NCBI RefSeq assembly: GCF_001194135.2
Contig: NC_068982.1
Coordinates: 115,025,548-115,089,547, forward strand
Direction of reading: 5' to 3'
DNA length: 64,000 bases
Source of the DNA: Octopus bimaculoides
Lineage: Eukaryota
This document shows positions 35,450-49,247 of this stretch, piece after piece. A program made the translations under genes and the position numbers. Below the pieces are notes generated by a model. It did not search any database. It saw nothing but the letters and a program-made list of their open reading frames with translations, and was not told the DNA's origin. Positions within the stretch are counted from its first letter, which is position 1. Every line of letters begins with the position of its first letter.

Positions 35450-37049
35450 GTGAGATCAACATATTTTTTCTCTTCCTAACTTTATATATATATAGGTATA
35501 TACATGTCTTTTTTTTTACCAGTCATGACCAGCTCGTCTTTGTATACCCCTCGGAGTATATCGTTCAATGTAGTCTTTATAATTTAAGACGATGGGGTAA
35601 ATGATTTGAGAGGGGTGTTAGCTGCTATCTCTAGCTGTTCGTACGATTTCAGAGACTCCCGCTGGTGTTGTTGAAACTTAACCAGTTTAGCCTTGACTGA
35701 GCAGGCTTGTAATTAAAGATGATCCAGCCGTGACTATCCCGTCCTTTATAAAACTATAAGATATAATTTTAGGAACATCTGGCTGCTATTTCTAGCAGAT
35801 AGGGCGATCGCTTTGCGACTATCACACTTGTTTTATTATTATTAGCAATGTCGCTCACCGAAGACAAGGTTTTTGTTACATCTGTTTATTATTTTTCGTT
35901 AATTACGGCTGCTACTTGTATTTTGTTGCTCCTGAAATATGAAAAAGATTGCGAGTGAGAGATGTCAAACGTCTCAGTTGTATATAGTTATATTTACACA
36001 ATTCGATCTGTAATAAAAAATACAACTCGTTTACAATTTATATTTCACTTCTACTCGAATCTTCACACCCAACTTTTTTTCATTCAATATACAATATTTA
36101 TTTTGTTCATTTTTAATTACATATAAAACTGATCATTAATTAATAACTATAATAACTATAACTCCCATCATTAATTAATAACTATAATGATTCTCCAACG
36201 AGGTTTATGACGAGAGGTGTGAAGTTGTGCTCTGCATGCTTTTCCCAAGGTCATTTGTGGAATACGAGAAACATAAAGAGAAAATAGTTGATAGGTAACA
36301 TACTATTACAATCATCTTTTACAGACATTACTAACAATTTTTAGGTATAAAAATTTAGTAATCAAAGTGTGATTTTGGTTAATAGTTCTACGGAGAAGTG
36401 TGAGATGGCCAAAATAGAAGCTGCTTTACCAAAACTAGTTTGGTACCTGTTTGTGAGTTCAAATCTTGCCGAAATCGATAATGTATCATATCTCTGGGTG
36501 ATTAAACAACTGTTTAATCCCCTCTTACAAAATCCGTTGTCTTATGCTAAATTTTAAATCATTTATTGTCTTAACGTGAACCACATAGATTTCAAGATTT
36601 CACCAAAAGCTGCGAAGATCACAGGCATTACCATCTCCTAAATAAATAATGACTATAAATTAATATTATTTTTTTCCCCTTCTTTATGTATTAATCTACT
36701 TATAGTATTGTGTACAATTGACTCAAAAGCTAGTCTCTGAAATTATATATATATATATATACACGTGTGTGTGTATACATATATGCATGCATGCATGGAG
36801 GCAGGCAGACAGACAGATAATAATAATAATAATATCTGTGTGTATATCTGTGTTTGTCATTCACCACCACTTGACTACCAGTGTTGGTGTGTTTACATGC
36901 CTGTAACTTAGCGGGTTGGCAAGAGACCATTAGAATAAGTACCAGGCTTTAAAAAAAAGAAGTGGTGGGGTTGATTCGTTCATCTAAAATTCTTCAAGGT
37001 GGTACCTCAGCATAGCTGTGGTCTAATGACTGAAACAAGTAAAAGGTGG

Positions 37050-37094
<45 letters not shown>

Positions 37095-38694
37095 CAGACA
37101 CACTTACTAAGACTTTGCTTTTGCTAAATTAGCCCTAAGGCCCTTAAATTCCAGACCTTGTTTCCACACTTGAAATTTCTTCTCTAGGTGAAGTAGTGAT
37201 TCAGCTGTAAGGACAAGGTCATCAGTGTAGAGAAGCTCCCAAGGACAACCAGTCTTGAATTCTTCTGTTGAGGCCTAGAGGACTAAGATAAACTGGAGGG
37301 GACTGACAACTGAGCTTTGGTGGACTCCTACCTGTACACTGAATTTATTGCTATGCTCATTGCCAACCTTCACCTTACCTGCAGCATTTCTGTACATGGT
37401 TTATATGACTCTTAGTAACCACTCATTTATCCATAGCTTCCACATAGACTACCAGATAAGGGAACAGGAGACCCTGTTAAAGGCTTTCTTCATGTTGACA
37501 AAAGATATCATCATTTAGCATCCATTGTCCATACTGGCATGGGTTGGATGGTTTGACCAGGGCTGCACCAGACTCCAGACTGATTTGGCATGGTTTCTAC
37601 AGCTAGATGCCCTTCCTAATGCCAACCATTGTAAGAGTGTAATGGGTAATTTTATGTGCCACCAGCATGGGTGCCAGTTGCATGACACCAGCATCTGCCA
37701 TGACTACGATTTCACTTGGCTTGATGGGTCTTCTTCACAAGCACAGCATATTGCCAAAGGTCTCGGTCATCTGTCATTGCCTCTGTGAGGCCCAATGCTC
37801 AAAAGGTGTTTATATATATATATATATATACACACACATACATATGATAGGCTCTCCCTCTAAGATGACATATGACTGTTCAGCATTTGCCAAACGACCT
37901 GCACAAAAGATTTGTTTATAGTGATGAAATGTATGTGCTGTACATTAGCTCACCCACTTCATTGAATCAATGTTGTCTGGGCAGGTGCATTATGTATAAT
38001 GTGTTAAGTGTCTGTTTTCCATGCTGGCATGGGTTGGATGACTTGACAGGAACTGGCAAATCAGTGTACTGGTATACGCAAATACAGTCTCACGTACATT
38101 CATGTATATACTATACATATATATATGATCATCATTTTACCTCTCCTATCATAGATGAGACTAGTCAACTGCAGTTCTTATTTGCAGTTTTAACCCTCCT
38201 AAATGTATCCAAGGGCTACAGCTCTTCTGTATGTTCCTTTTTTTACCATAGTTTCTATAATTGGATGCCTTTCCTAACACCAACCACTTTACAGAATGAA
38301 CTTGGTGCTTTTTTTTTCATAGCTCCAACAGTAGTGGTGGTGGGGCAACAAGTAACTCACTACACAAGAATCCTTTCACAGAGTGGAGGTGTTTTATTGA
38401 GGGATGTGGCTTTGTGCCAGAGAGCTTAAAGTAGGAAAGATGAACAGGTGTTTTGCTGTTGGGAAGGTACACAGCTACCCCAGCAGGAAAGGAAAAAAGG
38501 ATGGTGGAGACGAGGCATCAGGGTCAGTAGATAGAGAATGGAGGAAAAGAATTGAAGATAGTTTGGTGGGTTGGTAGGGGGTGAAACAGGTATACAGTGA
38601 CAACAGTCAAGCATATGTAGGGATGGATATACTGAGTTATAAAAAGGGGCATTGATAGCAGAGATGAGTGTTCAGAGGAAATGGGCATCAGTCA

Positions 38695-41000
38695 TCATCA
38701 TCATCATCGTTTAACGTCCGCTTTCCATGCTAACATGAGTTGGACGATTTGACTGAGGATTGGTAAACCAGATGGCTACACCAGGCTCCAATCTGATTTG
38801 GCAGAGTTTCTACAGCTGGATGCCCTTCCTAATGCCAACCACTCCGAGAGTGTAGTGGGTGCTTTTACGTGCCACCGGCACGAAGGCCAGTCAGGCAGTA
38901 CTGGCAACGGCCACGCTCAAAATGGTGTATTTTATGTGTCACCTGCACAGGAGTCACTCACTTGCCTCAACAGGTCTTCGCAAGCGGAGTTTAGTGTCCA
39001 ATGAAGGAAGGTACACATAAGTGGGCTGGCTACACCCCTGGCAGAGGCCTTGGATTTAGGTCTCACTTGGCTTGCCGGGTCTTCTCACGCACAGCATATT
39101 TCCAAAGGTCTCGGTCAGAAGTCATCGCCTTGGTGAGGCCCAATGTTCGAAGGTCATGCCTCACCACCTCATCCCAGGTCTTCCTGGGCCTACCTCTTCC
39201 ACAGGTTCCCTCAACCGCTAGGGTGTGGGACTTTTTGACACAGCTATCCTCATCCATTCTCGCCACATTGTCTCTCTTGCACACCACAACTGATGCTTCT
39301 TAGGTTCAGTTTTTCTCTCNNNNNNNNNNCACGCACAGCATATTTCCAAAGGTCTCGGTCACTAGTCATTGCCTCGGTGTGGCCTAATGTTCAGAGGTTG
39401 TATTTCACCACCTCATCCCAGGTCTTCCTGGGCCTGCCTCTTCCACAGGTTCCCTCAACCACTAGGGTGCGGCACTTTTTCACACAGCTATCCTCATCCA
39501 TTCTCATCACATGACCATACCAGTGCAATCGTCTCTCTTGCACACCACAACTGATGCTTCTTAGGTTCAACTTTTCTCTCAAGGTACTTACACTATTTCG
39601 AGTATGCACACTGACATTACACATCCATCAGGGCATACTGGCTTCATTCCTTTCGAGCTTACGCATGTCCTCAGGAGTCATGGCCCATGTTTCACTGCTA
39701 TGTAGCATGGCTGTTCGTACACATGCGTCATACAGTCTGCCTTTTACTCTGAGAGAAAGACCCTTTGTCACCAGCAGAGGTAAGAGCTCTCTGAACTTTG
39801 GCCAGTCTATTCTTATTCTAGCAGCTACACATTCAGTGCACCCTCCCCCACTACTAACTTGGTCACCTAGATAGCGGAAGCTATCAACTAAGTCTTGTAT
39901 TTCTCCCTGGCATGTGGCCAAAGTTGTTTTCTGCACATTTTCAGTGTTTATTGCTCCTGAACATCTGCCACATACAAAAACAGTGGATATATATTTTAAT
40001 AACAGTGTTGAGAGAGTAGGATGTGTAGCAAAGGAAGTCATTCCAAGAAGAAGGATTACTGGCTGCACAAAAAGGTGGAAGGAATACATACAGTTCAGCT
40101 CTCATAATTATAGCAGCTTAGCAAAAGTGTCATAGTCAGAGGGGGTGGGGAAGATGTAGGCATTATGAAGATGAGTAGCTGAGAAAGTTTGACAGGAATA
40201 GATTGGGAGGGGTATCATTTTATATGTTTTCCATATTGGCATGAATTAGATGGTTTAACAGGTCAGAGGACCACATTTGGCTTGATTCTATGGCTGGATG
40301 CCCTTCTTAACACCAACATGTTGACAGAGTGTACTAGGTGCTTTGTTCATGCCACCTGCACTAGTGAGGGCACTCTGTAACTCACTGCTGAAAGAACTAT
40401 CATCACTGAAAGAGGGGATAAGAAAAAAAATTATGACAATAGGTGAGGAATTGGGAGAGTTAAAGTATGCTGGGCAGAATGGATTCATTGTTGTAAAGAG
40501 AGTTTTGTCTTCTTTTTTACTAACAACAACTTTGGTCTTTGCTTGGTTAACTTTGATTGCAGGTTTTGTTTCCTCCAATTCTGCTACAGATTCTGCAATA
40601 AGAGCAAGGTCATCAGCATATAGCAGTTCCTACAGGTATCCAGTTTTGAATTCCTCTGTTATGGTCTGGAGGACTATAAGGAATAAGAGTGGGTTGAGAA
40701 CTGAGCCCTGGTGAACCCCTACCTGAACACTAAATTCATCCCTGTATTCATGGCTAACTCTCACCTTACTGACAGCACCACTGTACATGGCTTGTACAGC
40801 TCTAACAAGCCACTCCTCTACTTCTAACCTCCTTAGAGACCACCATATAACAGAGCGGGGAACTCTGTCAAAAGCTTTCTCCAGGTCAACAACGGCTAAG
40901 TACAATGGCTTACTTTTGGCCAAGTACTTTTCCTGCAGCTGTCTCATTAGGAAGATGGTATCTGTGGTACTCTTCCCAGGTACAAAACCAAACTGCATAT
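38695..41000 (-). mobile_element. Composite RTE LINE in PMPCA intron 1
   Basis: RT (DLEKAFDRVP, GVHQGSVLNPLLF, ELLYADDL), C-terminus (DSFRYLG..WYGHVMRM..PRKTW), ~350-nt 3' UTR and (GAT)n tail. Unrelated sequence at ~40000-40500; 10-N gap. Confidence 0.92.
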
Positions 41001-41809
41001 ACACATATAAAAATAAATATAAATACAACAGGTTTCTTTCAGTTTCCATCTACCAAATCCATTTACAAGGCTTTGGTCGACCCAGTGCTATAGGACATTT
41101 GCCTAAGGTAGCACATAGTGGTACTGCACCCAAAACCATGTGGTTGGGTTTGTAAACTTCTTTACCACACACCTGTTCCTCCAACTAAATATATATTTTA
41201 TGATTTCACTTAGGCACAGTGCTACTAATAATCAGATCAATATACTTATGCTTTAGGGTAAAGTATTAGAATACAGAGTATTAAATCAATTGATGAATGA
41301 CAAAAGAACAGGAGTTATGTAATCACTGCTTCTTAGCACAGTTGTTTCTCTCCTGTTCTTTTGTCATTCATTAATTAAGATACACACACACACATAGGTG
41401 TATATATGCCATGCTTTTGCACAATTACTATCTTCCAAATTCCAGTCACAAGGCAAAATACTTTTCAACAAATTAAAATTTTAATATTTCTCCTCTCTAA
41501 TATGTCTGGGATGATTTTAATTGAAACAGTTGATTTTTTTTTTTTTTTGTAGTTAGTTACCCTTTCTTTCATTAACAATTTAACCAAGAAGTTAGAGTGA
41601 AACCTGACTGAAATTCTGTACCATCACAAGGTGGTAGTGGTTATAGCAGTAACAGTGGTGGCAATTAAATCCTTATAATGTGTTCCTTTGTCAAGCAGTT
41701 CCTCCTCACAGCCATTGTGCCTCATTTTCAAATGAAAAAGATTTGAAATTTTAATACATATAAAAATGTTTCCACTTATAAGTTTTTGGTGTTTTTTCTT
41801 TAATTTTAG

Positions 41810-42000
41810 GGCATTTTCTTCCCAGTCAAACAAATGCCAGGATATTTTAACAATACCATTATCGTCCCCTGTGCCTCATGTTCCTGATGGGAAATATGCT
41901 AGGGTATCAGGTGAAAAGCAAGAGACTAAAGTTTCAGTTCTGGCAAATGGTCTGCGAGTAGCATCTCAAGATAAATTTGGTCAATTTTGTACAGTTGGTG
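41810..42000 (+). CDS. PMPCA: PMPCA exon 2
   Basis: ttttag|G ... GGT G|gtgagt. [63 protein letters not shown]. Confidence 0.95.
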
Positions 42001-42459
42001 GTGAGTATTATCAAATTTCATTCAGACCTTAATCTTTTTCATTCTCTCTCTTTTTTCTTAATTCAAAAAACATGTTCTCTTTACTTTGCAAATATATTGT
42101 TCCCTGGTGTGTTTATAACCAGTTGTTATTATTGTCTAGCTCCAAGTTGTCTTTGACTGAGCTGGCCTATGATCAGTGACATTCATGCTATGACTTATGC
42201 AGACTACATTGTCCAGTATGTCCTCCCTTTTCTTAGGACAATAGGACATGACATGAGACATATTTGGCTGCTGTTTCTGGCAGAGCAAGTGATAATGTAA
42301 AGGCTCTCTTGTTAACTTGTTGCTAGTTCTCAGTTGGTGAAATCTCATACAGTACTCTGCCATAGGAGCCTTATTCCTTCAATTGTACACAATCAAGATC
42401 TTCATTGTATAAAGCCCTGTATCATTGTAGTCTTATTAAGTGTTCTTTTTGTTCTACAG

Positions 42460-42539
42460 TGGTTATAAACTCTGGCTCTCGATATGAAGTGGCTTACCCA
42501 AGTGGCATCTCACATTTTACTGAGAAGATGGCTTTTATG
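42460..42539 (+). CDS. PMPCA: PMPCA exon 3
   Basis: ctacag|TG ... ATG|gtttgt. VVINSGSRYEVAYPSGISHFTEKMAFM. HFTEK is the non-catalytic HxxEH variant expected of the alpha subunit. Confidence 0.95.
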
Positions 42540-43282
42540 GTTTGTTATTTTCCAATATTTTATTTATATTTCTATTTCTATGTATTTCTGTAAACCAAAT
42601 TGGGTTCGTTTTTGTAAATGTATATCTTAAAACTAAGCAATTCCATTAATCTGTTTGTAATATTGTCTGTTTTATACAACATTTTATCGGTAACATTATC
42701 TGATTCCAGTACGTATTAACAGCTAAACAATTAAGTAACATAAATTACTTTTTGCTTTGGTGAGTTGGTCAGAGACAGAATGACAATGACTGTCACTTTT
42801 GCAAACACTTTTGCAAGACTAGTGAGATTGATTTAGGTAGTGTTCTGTTAAAGCATCTGTTGGTCAGTATGTAGCCGGGGATAGGATTCCAGAAGGTTGC
42901 ATTTATGGGGTGAGAGGAAATACTATGAAGACTGAAAGAAGTGTAACACTGATGGCAGTGGAGGGAGAGTAGAGATGCTATGGTGCACCATAACATTATA
43001 GTGCCTTATTCAGTATACTGTGTATCAAAAAGAGGTTGAAAATCACTGTGCTAAATCCTTTATTTTGAAACATAGAAAATTGTGCTCCCCTCCATTGAGT
43101 CAGTGAAGCTGATCCAGCTTCTATATACTAATGTAAAAAAAAAACAGATTTAAATTCTAGTTTCAATGATTATAGTAATAATTCTATTTAATCCTGTCAA
43201 CCAGTTTTGATATCTTTTTCACTAAGTTGTGCGCGAACTATTGTGATTGTTTATTCTTGTCTTCTATTTTGTTTACTTTTAG

Positions 43283-43365
43283 TCAACTGCCAAATTCAAA
43301 AACCGAGATGATATTCTACAGGAACTTGAGAAACATGGTGGAATCAGTGATTGTCAAGGTTCCAG
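43283..43365 (+). CDS. PMPCA: PMPCA exon 4
   Basis: ttttag|TCA ... AG|gtgagt. STAKFKNRDDILQELEKHGGISDCQGSR. 83 bp. Confidence 0.95.
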
Positions 43366-44121
43366 GTGAGTTGCTAGCAGCCAGTTGTTGTTATTGGGTC
43401 CCGGGTCGGTCCTGATTCGTCTGACTGAACATTAACGCTCTGATCATCCTGTCTTTTTTAAAGCATAATGTTTCCAGAACATTATCCTGCAGGTTAAGAC
43501 ACTAAGGTGTAATCTGAGATAAAATTTGACTGCTACTTTTAGCAAATCAGGTAATCATATAGAGGTGTTCTCATTGCTAAGTAGTCTGTTTTTACAAGTT
43601 CACAAATCTCTAACATTTTATTAAATTTATTACACAATTCCTTAAGATTTAGATTAAATATTGTGCACCACCATGTTGTTTTCAAAAATAATCATCTTTG
43701 AAAGACTGCTCCAGATATATCTCAATCAAACAGATCTATAATCAAAAGCCTTTCATCTATGACTGTCACATTTTTTGTTTTTTTTTTCAAATAATGATGA
43801 TGATGTAGTTATTCTAAAAACTGGGATATGTATGTCCCAGTTTTTAGAATAAATGCACCATATTATTGTGTGTTGTGAGAGGCATCGAAACAAGTTAGCT
43901 TTGAGTTGTAAATCACTGCCTGTGATGAGATAAAGATGATAGTGTATCAAGGACTATATTTTTCAATTTATCTTTTATTTTATGACAGTAGAATGTGATT
44001 TGAAGGATATATGGCTGTTATTTCTACACACACACAAATATGCTCATCACATGCACACACATGAAGATAGCATGAAAAGTAGAACTTAATATATTTATAT
44101 GCCTAAAACTTGTTATTTCAG

Positions 44122-44224
44122 AGACACACTAATATATGCCATGTCAGCTAAAACTGCCAGTCTTCCATCTGTTATTGATATTCTGTCAGAAGTGGTTTTA
44201 AAACCAAGACTTACACAGGACGAG
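44122..44224 (+). CDS. PMPCA: PMPCA exon 5
   Basis: tttcag|A ... GAG|gtttgt. DTLIYAMSAKTASLPSVIDILSEVVLKPRLTQDE. 103 bp. Confidence 0.92.
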
Positions 44225-45826
44225 GTTTGTCTTTATTCATATCATCTCAGCTATCATTTGTCCATAATACACTGACATTTTAAAATTGGTAATTAGTTTA
44301 ATATTGTCACTTAAGATAATAACTTCTGATTAATCTAATAGAAATCTTCATAATTTTAGTGTCTACGCATGTGCTATTAACTTTTAAACTATTGAAAATA
44401 TTTGGAAAAAATGTCATTTGAAAACTACTGCTGACCCCCAAACTAGCAAAACAAAACCCAAGGAAACAATAAAAAAAAAATGAATTGTCAGGAATTTGGA
44501 GTTTATTGAGAAAAGTTGAAATATCCTGGGTGTTAAAGAAAAAAGTAAAATGTAGATTGGCAGTGATGGTGATGGTGGTTGAAATAGCATTGTGGTACTC
44601 TTCATAGAAAAATAAGTAAAAAAATTAAATTTTTAAAATGTTGGTTGAAATAAACTGTCAAAATATTATTGCATAGCTACTACAATAGTGTTTAATTATT
44701 GATTTCTAAAGAGAAGGAATAAAGTAGGATCTTGTGATACTTTTACCATGCTGAAAGGGAGCATTAACACAGTATATTTATAGAAGGGCAGTGTAACCAC
44801 ATAGTATATCTATATGGACAATGTAACTACACATAATATTTATGTATCAGAATATCTGTATATGTGCAGTGGAACTACAGAACTTACCTAATATGTATAT
44901 ATATAGGCAGAGGAACTACACAGTGTACCTGTATATGAGTATATCTGCATAAATTGGAAAGAATATAACTGAAATATACTAAGGAAACAAGAAGAGTTCA
45001 GCTTAGTTGTTTTAGCCCCAAGCAACCTTATGATTGAGCACCACTATGATCAAAAGTGTTCCAGGTTTTTACCTTTTTTTTTTTAATATTAATGGCTAGA
45101 TCATCTGTATCTTTCATTTTGTAAGACAGTTGGATGTGACTTAAGGGAGATATGGCTGTTATTTTAAGCAGGTTGAGCGTGACCAAAACAAAGCTTTCTT
45201 TGTTGGACATGTAGCTTGTATAATCGAAAGAAGTGAATGGTTTGTGGTACTATGTAAATAAGAGCTCTAATCAGGCAGACCTATCTATGATCATAGGCAT
45301 TCCAGCCATGACCATGTCATCTTTTCATATAACCAAAACTACATTAACATACACTTTCTTTTTAAATTGTAGAGAATGTGACTTACGAAGGTTTTAATTG
45401 CTATTTCTAGCTGGTCAAACAATACTGTAGAGTTTGCGTTTGGTTTTATTTTAATTATAGCAAAAAGTTGTATATATTGAAGCAAGCTGATAGCCAGGTT
45501 AATCAGCCTTGTGCTTTGCTGCAAAACATTTGCCCTAGGTACCACACAGTGGAATCAAAATATGAAACAAACTTCTTAGCCATGCAATAATAGGCTGATC
45601 TGTAATCTCTTTGGTTGTGCCTCTTCACCTTTATAAAAAAGAGAGCTTGTATTTAGGAAAGTCATCATCATTGATATATTATTGTATATATACTGCACAC
45701 TTGTTTTTGATGGTAATTGTTGTTTTTTCTGTTCTATATATTGTTTATTCCCTACTAATTATATGTACCAATGTTGTTGATACATTATAATTATCACTCT
45801 CTTTGAGAAACTTTTTTTTTTTTCAG

Positions 45827-45919
45827 TTGGAAGATGTTAGGTGTATGATCAACTTTGAACTTGAATCTTTAAATATGAAACCAGAACCAGAACCACTGTT
45901 AATGGAATATATCCATTCT
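45827..45919 (+). CDS. PMPCA: PMPCA exon 6
   Basis: Poly-T cag|TTG ... TCT|gtaagt. LEDVRCMINFELESLNMKPEPEPLLMEYIHS. 93 bp. Confidence 0.93.
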
Positions 45920-46869
45920 GTAAGTGTAGCTTGCTATATATAACAAGCATTGATTTATATTTTCTCATCATTACTTAAACAATCATAATCTCTTACAGCC
46001 CTGCCAAAAGAATACAAATCCAGAAGATATTCAGATAAGAAATCTAACACCTCCCTTCCTGCACAGATCATAATCCCCTTATTTGTTCTTTTCATTATTC
46101 TATGTATTTCATTACCTATGTAAACATAGTTTCATCTTCCACGCTGTTATGTTTTAAAATCAAACTTAAGTTCCCTTCACTTGATCCAATTCTCCCTCTT
46201 TCATGCACATTTACTATCGTCACTTATTCATTCATTTATTTAATTTTGTCACATCGTCACTTATTCATTTCTCTAATTTTATCACAAATTGGCTGACTGA
46301 AAGCTCTAAGATTTTCAATTCTATCTCACTATTATCATGTTATTCCCTGACACTGGCAGCATTGCTGTTTCGCAAAACATGACACGTAACAGTAGACTAA
46401 TGGTATCTAAGAATACAATGAATTTGTTCAAGACAGATTTAATGGAAGAATTCGACCTGTGGGATCTACCACTGAATACACTATGTAATAAGGTGAATGT
46501 GTCACAAGTCCGTGTCAGAGTCCACTGAAAATGATTCTGTCGTATTTCTCCACTGCAGTAACAATTCTGTTAACATCTGTAGTTGCTGCTGTTGCCGCTC
46601 ATGTTGTTTGACAACAGCTTTCAGTAACTCTTCCATTTCGGTACTATTCGAAACCTCGTCGCCACTGTTATATCGCATGTTCGGACAGCGTGCCTTCGCC
46701 AATAACATTTTCCTCTACTCAACTACCGAACTCTCACTTCCGACGACTGGACTCGACAGAACTTGACGTCTAGTCTACCGACGGCTCCAGCATACTCCAC
46801 GCGACGTTTCCATGACTAGCTATCACGTCCACTGTTTATATGTATTGGACTAGCCTACTTATCGTCTTA

Positions 46870-47690
46870 GCAACCATTATCTCGGCCTATGCTCCTCAGC
46901 CAGGACTACCTGATGGACAGAAAGACCGATTTTATGACAACCACGTTGACGAATGATAGGGACCTTCTCTTTGTGGCTGGTGACTTCAATGGGCATGCTG
47001 GACAACATGCGGGGGGCTTCCATGGCGTACATGGAAGCTATGGTTTTGATTCCCGCAATAAGGAGGGAACCAGGCTGCTGGAGTTCTGTGATGCAAATGA
47101 TCTTATGGTTTGCAATACTAACTTCAGGAAACCTGCCAGTCACCTCCTGATCTGGTAGACACACTAGTCAAATTGACTACATCCTCGCCAGGAAAAGGGA
47201 AAGATGACTACTTATGAATGCCAAACCCTTCCCAGGTGAAGAATGTATCCCACAACATAGACTAGTAGTTAGCGACTTCGGGATCAGGGCTAAATGGATG
47301 CCCAGAAGACAACCTGCATATAGGAGAAGGGTCTGGAAGCTTAAAGATCCTGCGAATGGACAGAGATTTAGAGATGTATTACTCAAAGTTTTTGACAAAA
47401 TAGAGGGGGTTATAGCATCACATGATGTGGAAGACAACTGGGGGTTTCTACGGGACAACTTGCTGAGGGCCATTGACCAAATCTGTGAATGGTGCAAAGT
47501 CCCCTCTCGACCCAAGGTAACATGGTAGTGAAACAGTGTTGTTGACAGGGCCATTAAGGAAAAGAAACAGGCTTGGAAGGACTGGAAGAATGGTGGTAGC
47601 AGGTAATTGTATCAGACTGCCAGAAGGGAAACTAGGACACAGCTTTATTTAGCCAGTGGGGAAGCAGATAAGAAAAAATTTGGTACAGCT
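46870..47690 (+). mobile_element. RTE LINE AP-endonuclease and linker fragment in PMPCA intron 6
   Basis: YAPQPG, VAGDFNGH, LLEFCDANDLMVCNTNFRK, SQIDYIL, QHRLVVSDF. A second linker piece lies at 52440-52790. Confidence 0.9.
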
Positions 47691-48968
47691 TGTATAGCAG
47701 TGACATACATTTGACAACCTTCAAGTAATATCAAGACAAGGAGACACAAACACACACGCACACATACATATATCTATGTTTCTTTACTCACTGATTTTTC
47801 TCCCCTCTCCCCCTCTGCACATTTATGAACTCCCTGCTCATGCACCTTGGGCAATACTCTACCATTTTATTTATATTCACTTCCTTTTACCTTGAGAACA
47901 TGTCCTGACACATTGCCACTATCCCCCACCTCTCTCTTTCTCTCACTCACACACACACACACACACACACAACCATTCTCTCCTCTGTAGCAAGACAGAA
48001 ATCTATTCATATTCAAACCTCTCATCACCTGGCACATAGCTACTACCTCCCCCAATACTACTCCCCATCTCAGTTGAGGGAGCTTTGTCTTGCAAGTTAC
48101 TTGGTGACCTCCCTCGGTAGTGCTGGTGACATATAAAAAGCACCCATTACACTCTGTAAAGTGGTTGGCATTAGGAAGGGCATCCAGCTCTAAAGACCAT
48201 GCTAGAGCAGACCGGTAGAGCTTGGTGCCATCTTCTCGCTTACCAGCTCCTGTCAAACCATCCAAGCCATGCATGGAAAACAGATGTTAAATGATGATGA
48301 TGATGAGGCTTCTTTCAGTTTCTAATTACCAATTCCACTTAAAAGGCCTGGTGCTATAGTAGAAGACACTTGCTCAAGGTGCCATGCAGTGGGGCTGAAC
48401 CCAAAATCCTGTGGTTGGGAAGCAAACTTCTTACCACACAGTCTTGCCTGCATCTACATATATATAAGCACAGGTGTAGCTGCACCTAAAAAGTATTTTG
48501 AAAAATTATCTAACTAGATAATTTGGACATTTTGTTCATGCTTTTATTTTGCTTGTGTGTTGTGTGTATGCATGTGCATGCACATGTATGCACATGAAAA
48601 TATTCTAAAGTAGGAAAAGAAAAACCCTTTCAATATTTATTTGGATGTCTGTTTTTGATTAATAGGTTGTTTTCTGTTGAGTTTACCACACTCTGACAAT
48701 GTTGAACTGATACTTTTTGTTGTGGTTGATTGAATTGAAAGAAATTTATTTACTCAAAATTGCAGGACGTGTTCAGTATCCAATACTGATTCATGAATTG
48801 TTTGACATAATCCTTACATATCTTGTCTTAGAATTCATGAATCTAATCATCAGAAATTATATATTTGTATATTTCTTAAACTTACTTATTTTCTCTTAAA
48901 CTATTTTTTCTTAAACTTACTTATATTTTCTTAAACCTTATTTTTGGAGATTTGTTATCTATTTTTAG

Positions 48969-49247
48969 GCTGCTTTTCAAAATAATACTTTAGGTCTGCC
49001 AAAGATTTGCCCAAGTGAAAATGTTTCCATCATTAACAAAGAATTACTCTATACATATCTTCACAATCATCATACACCTGACCGTATGGTACTGGCTGGT
49101 GTTGGTATGGACCATGAGGCTCTAGTAGCTTTAGCAGAAGAATATTTCCTCAGTGTTACGCCTTCCTGGAGTGAAGACATGTCTTTAATTAAACCCACCA
49201 ATGGTGCAGACAAATCTATAGCACAGTACACTGGAGGCCTTGTCAAG
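48969..49247 (+). CDS. PMPCA: PMPCA exon 7
   Basis: ttttag|GCT ... AAG|gtaaat. AAFQNNTLGLPKICP..HTPDRMVLAGVGMDHEALV..DKSIAQYTGGLVK. 279 bp. Confidence 0.95.
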
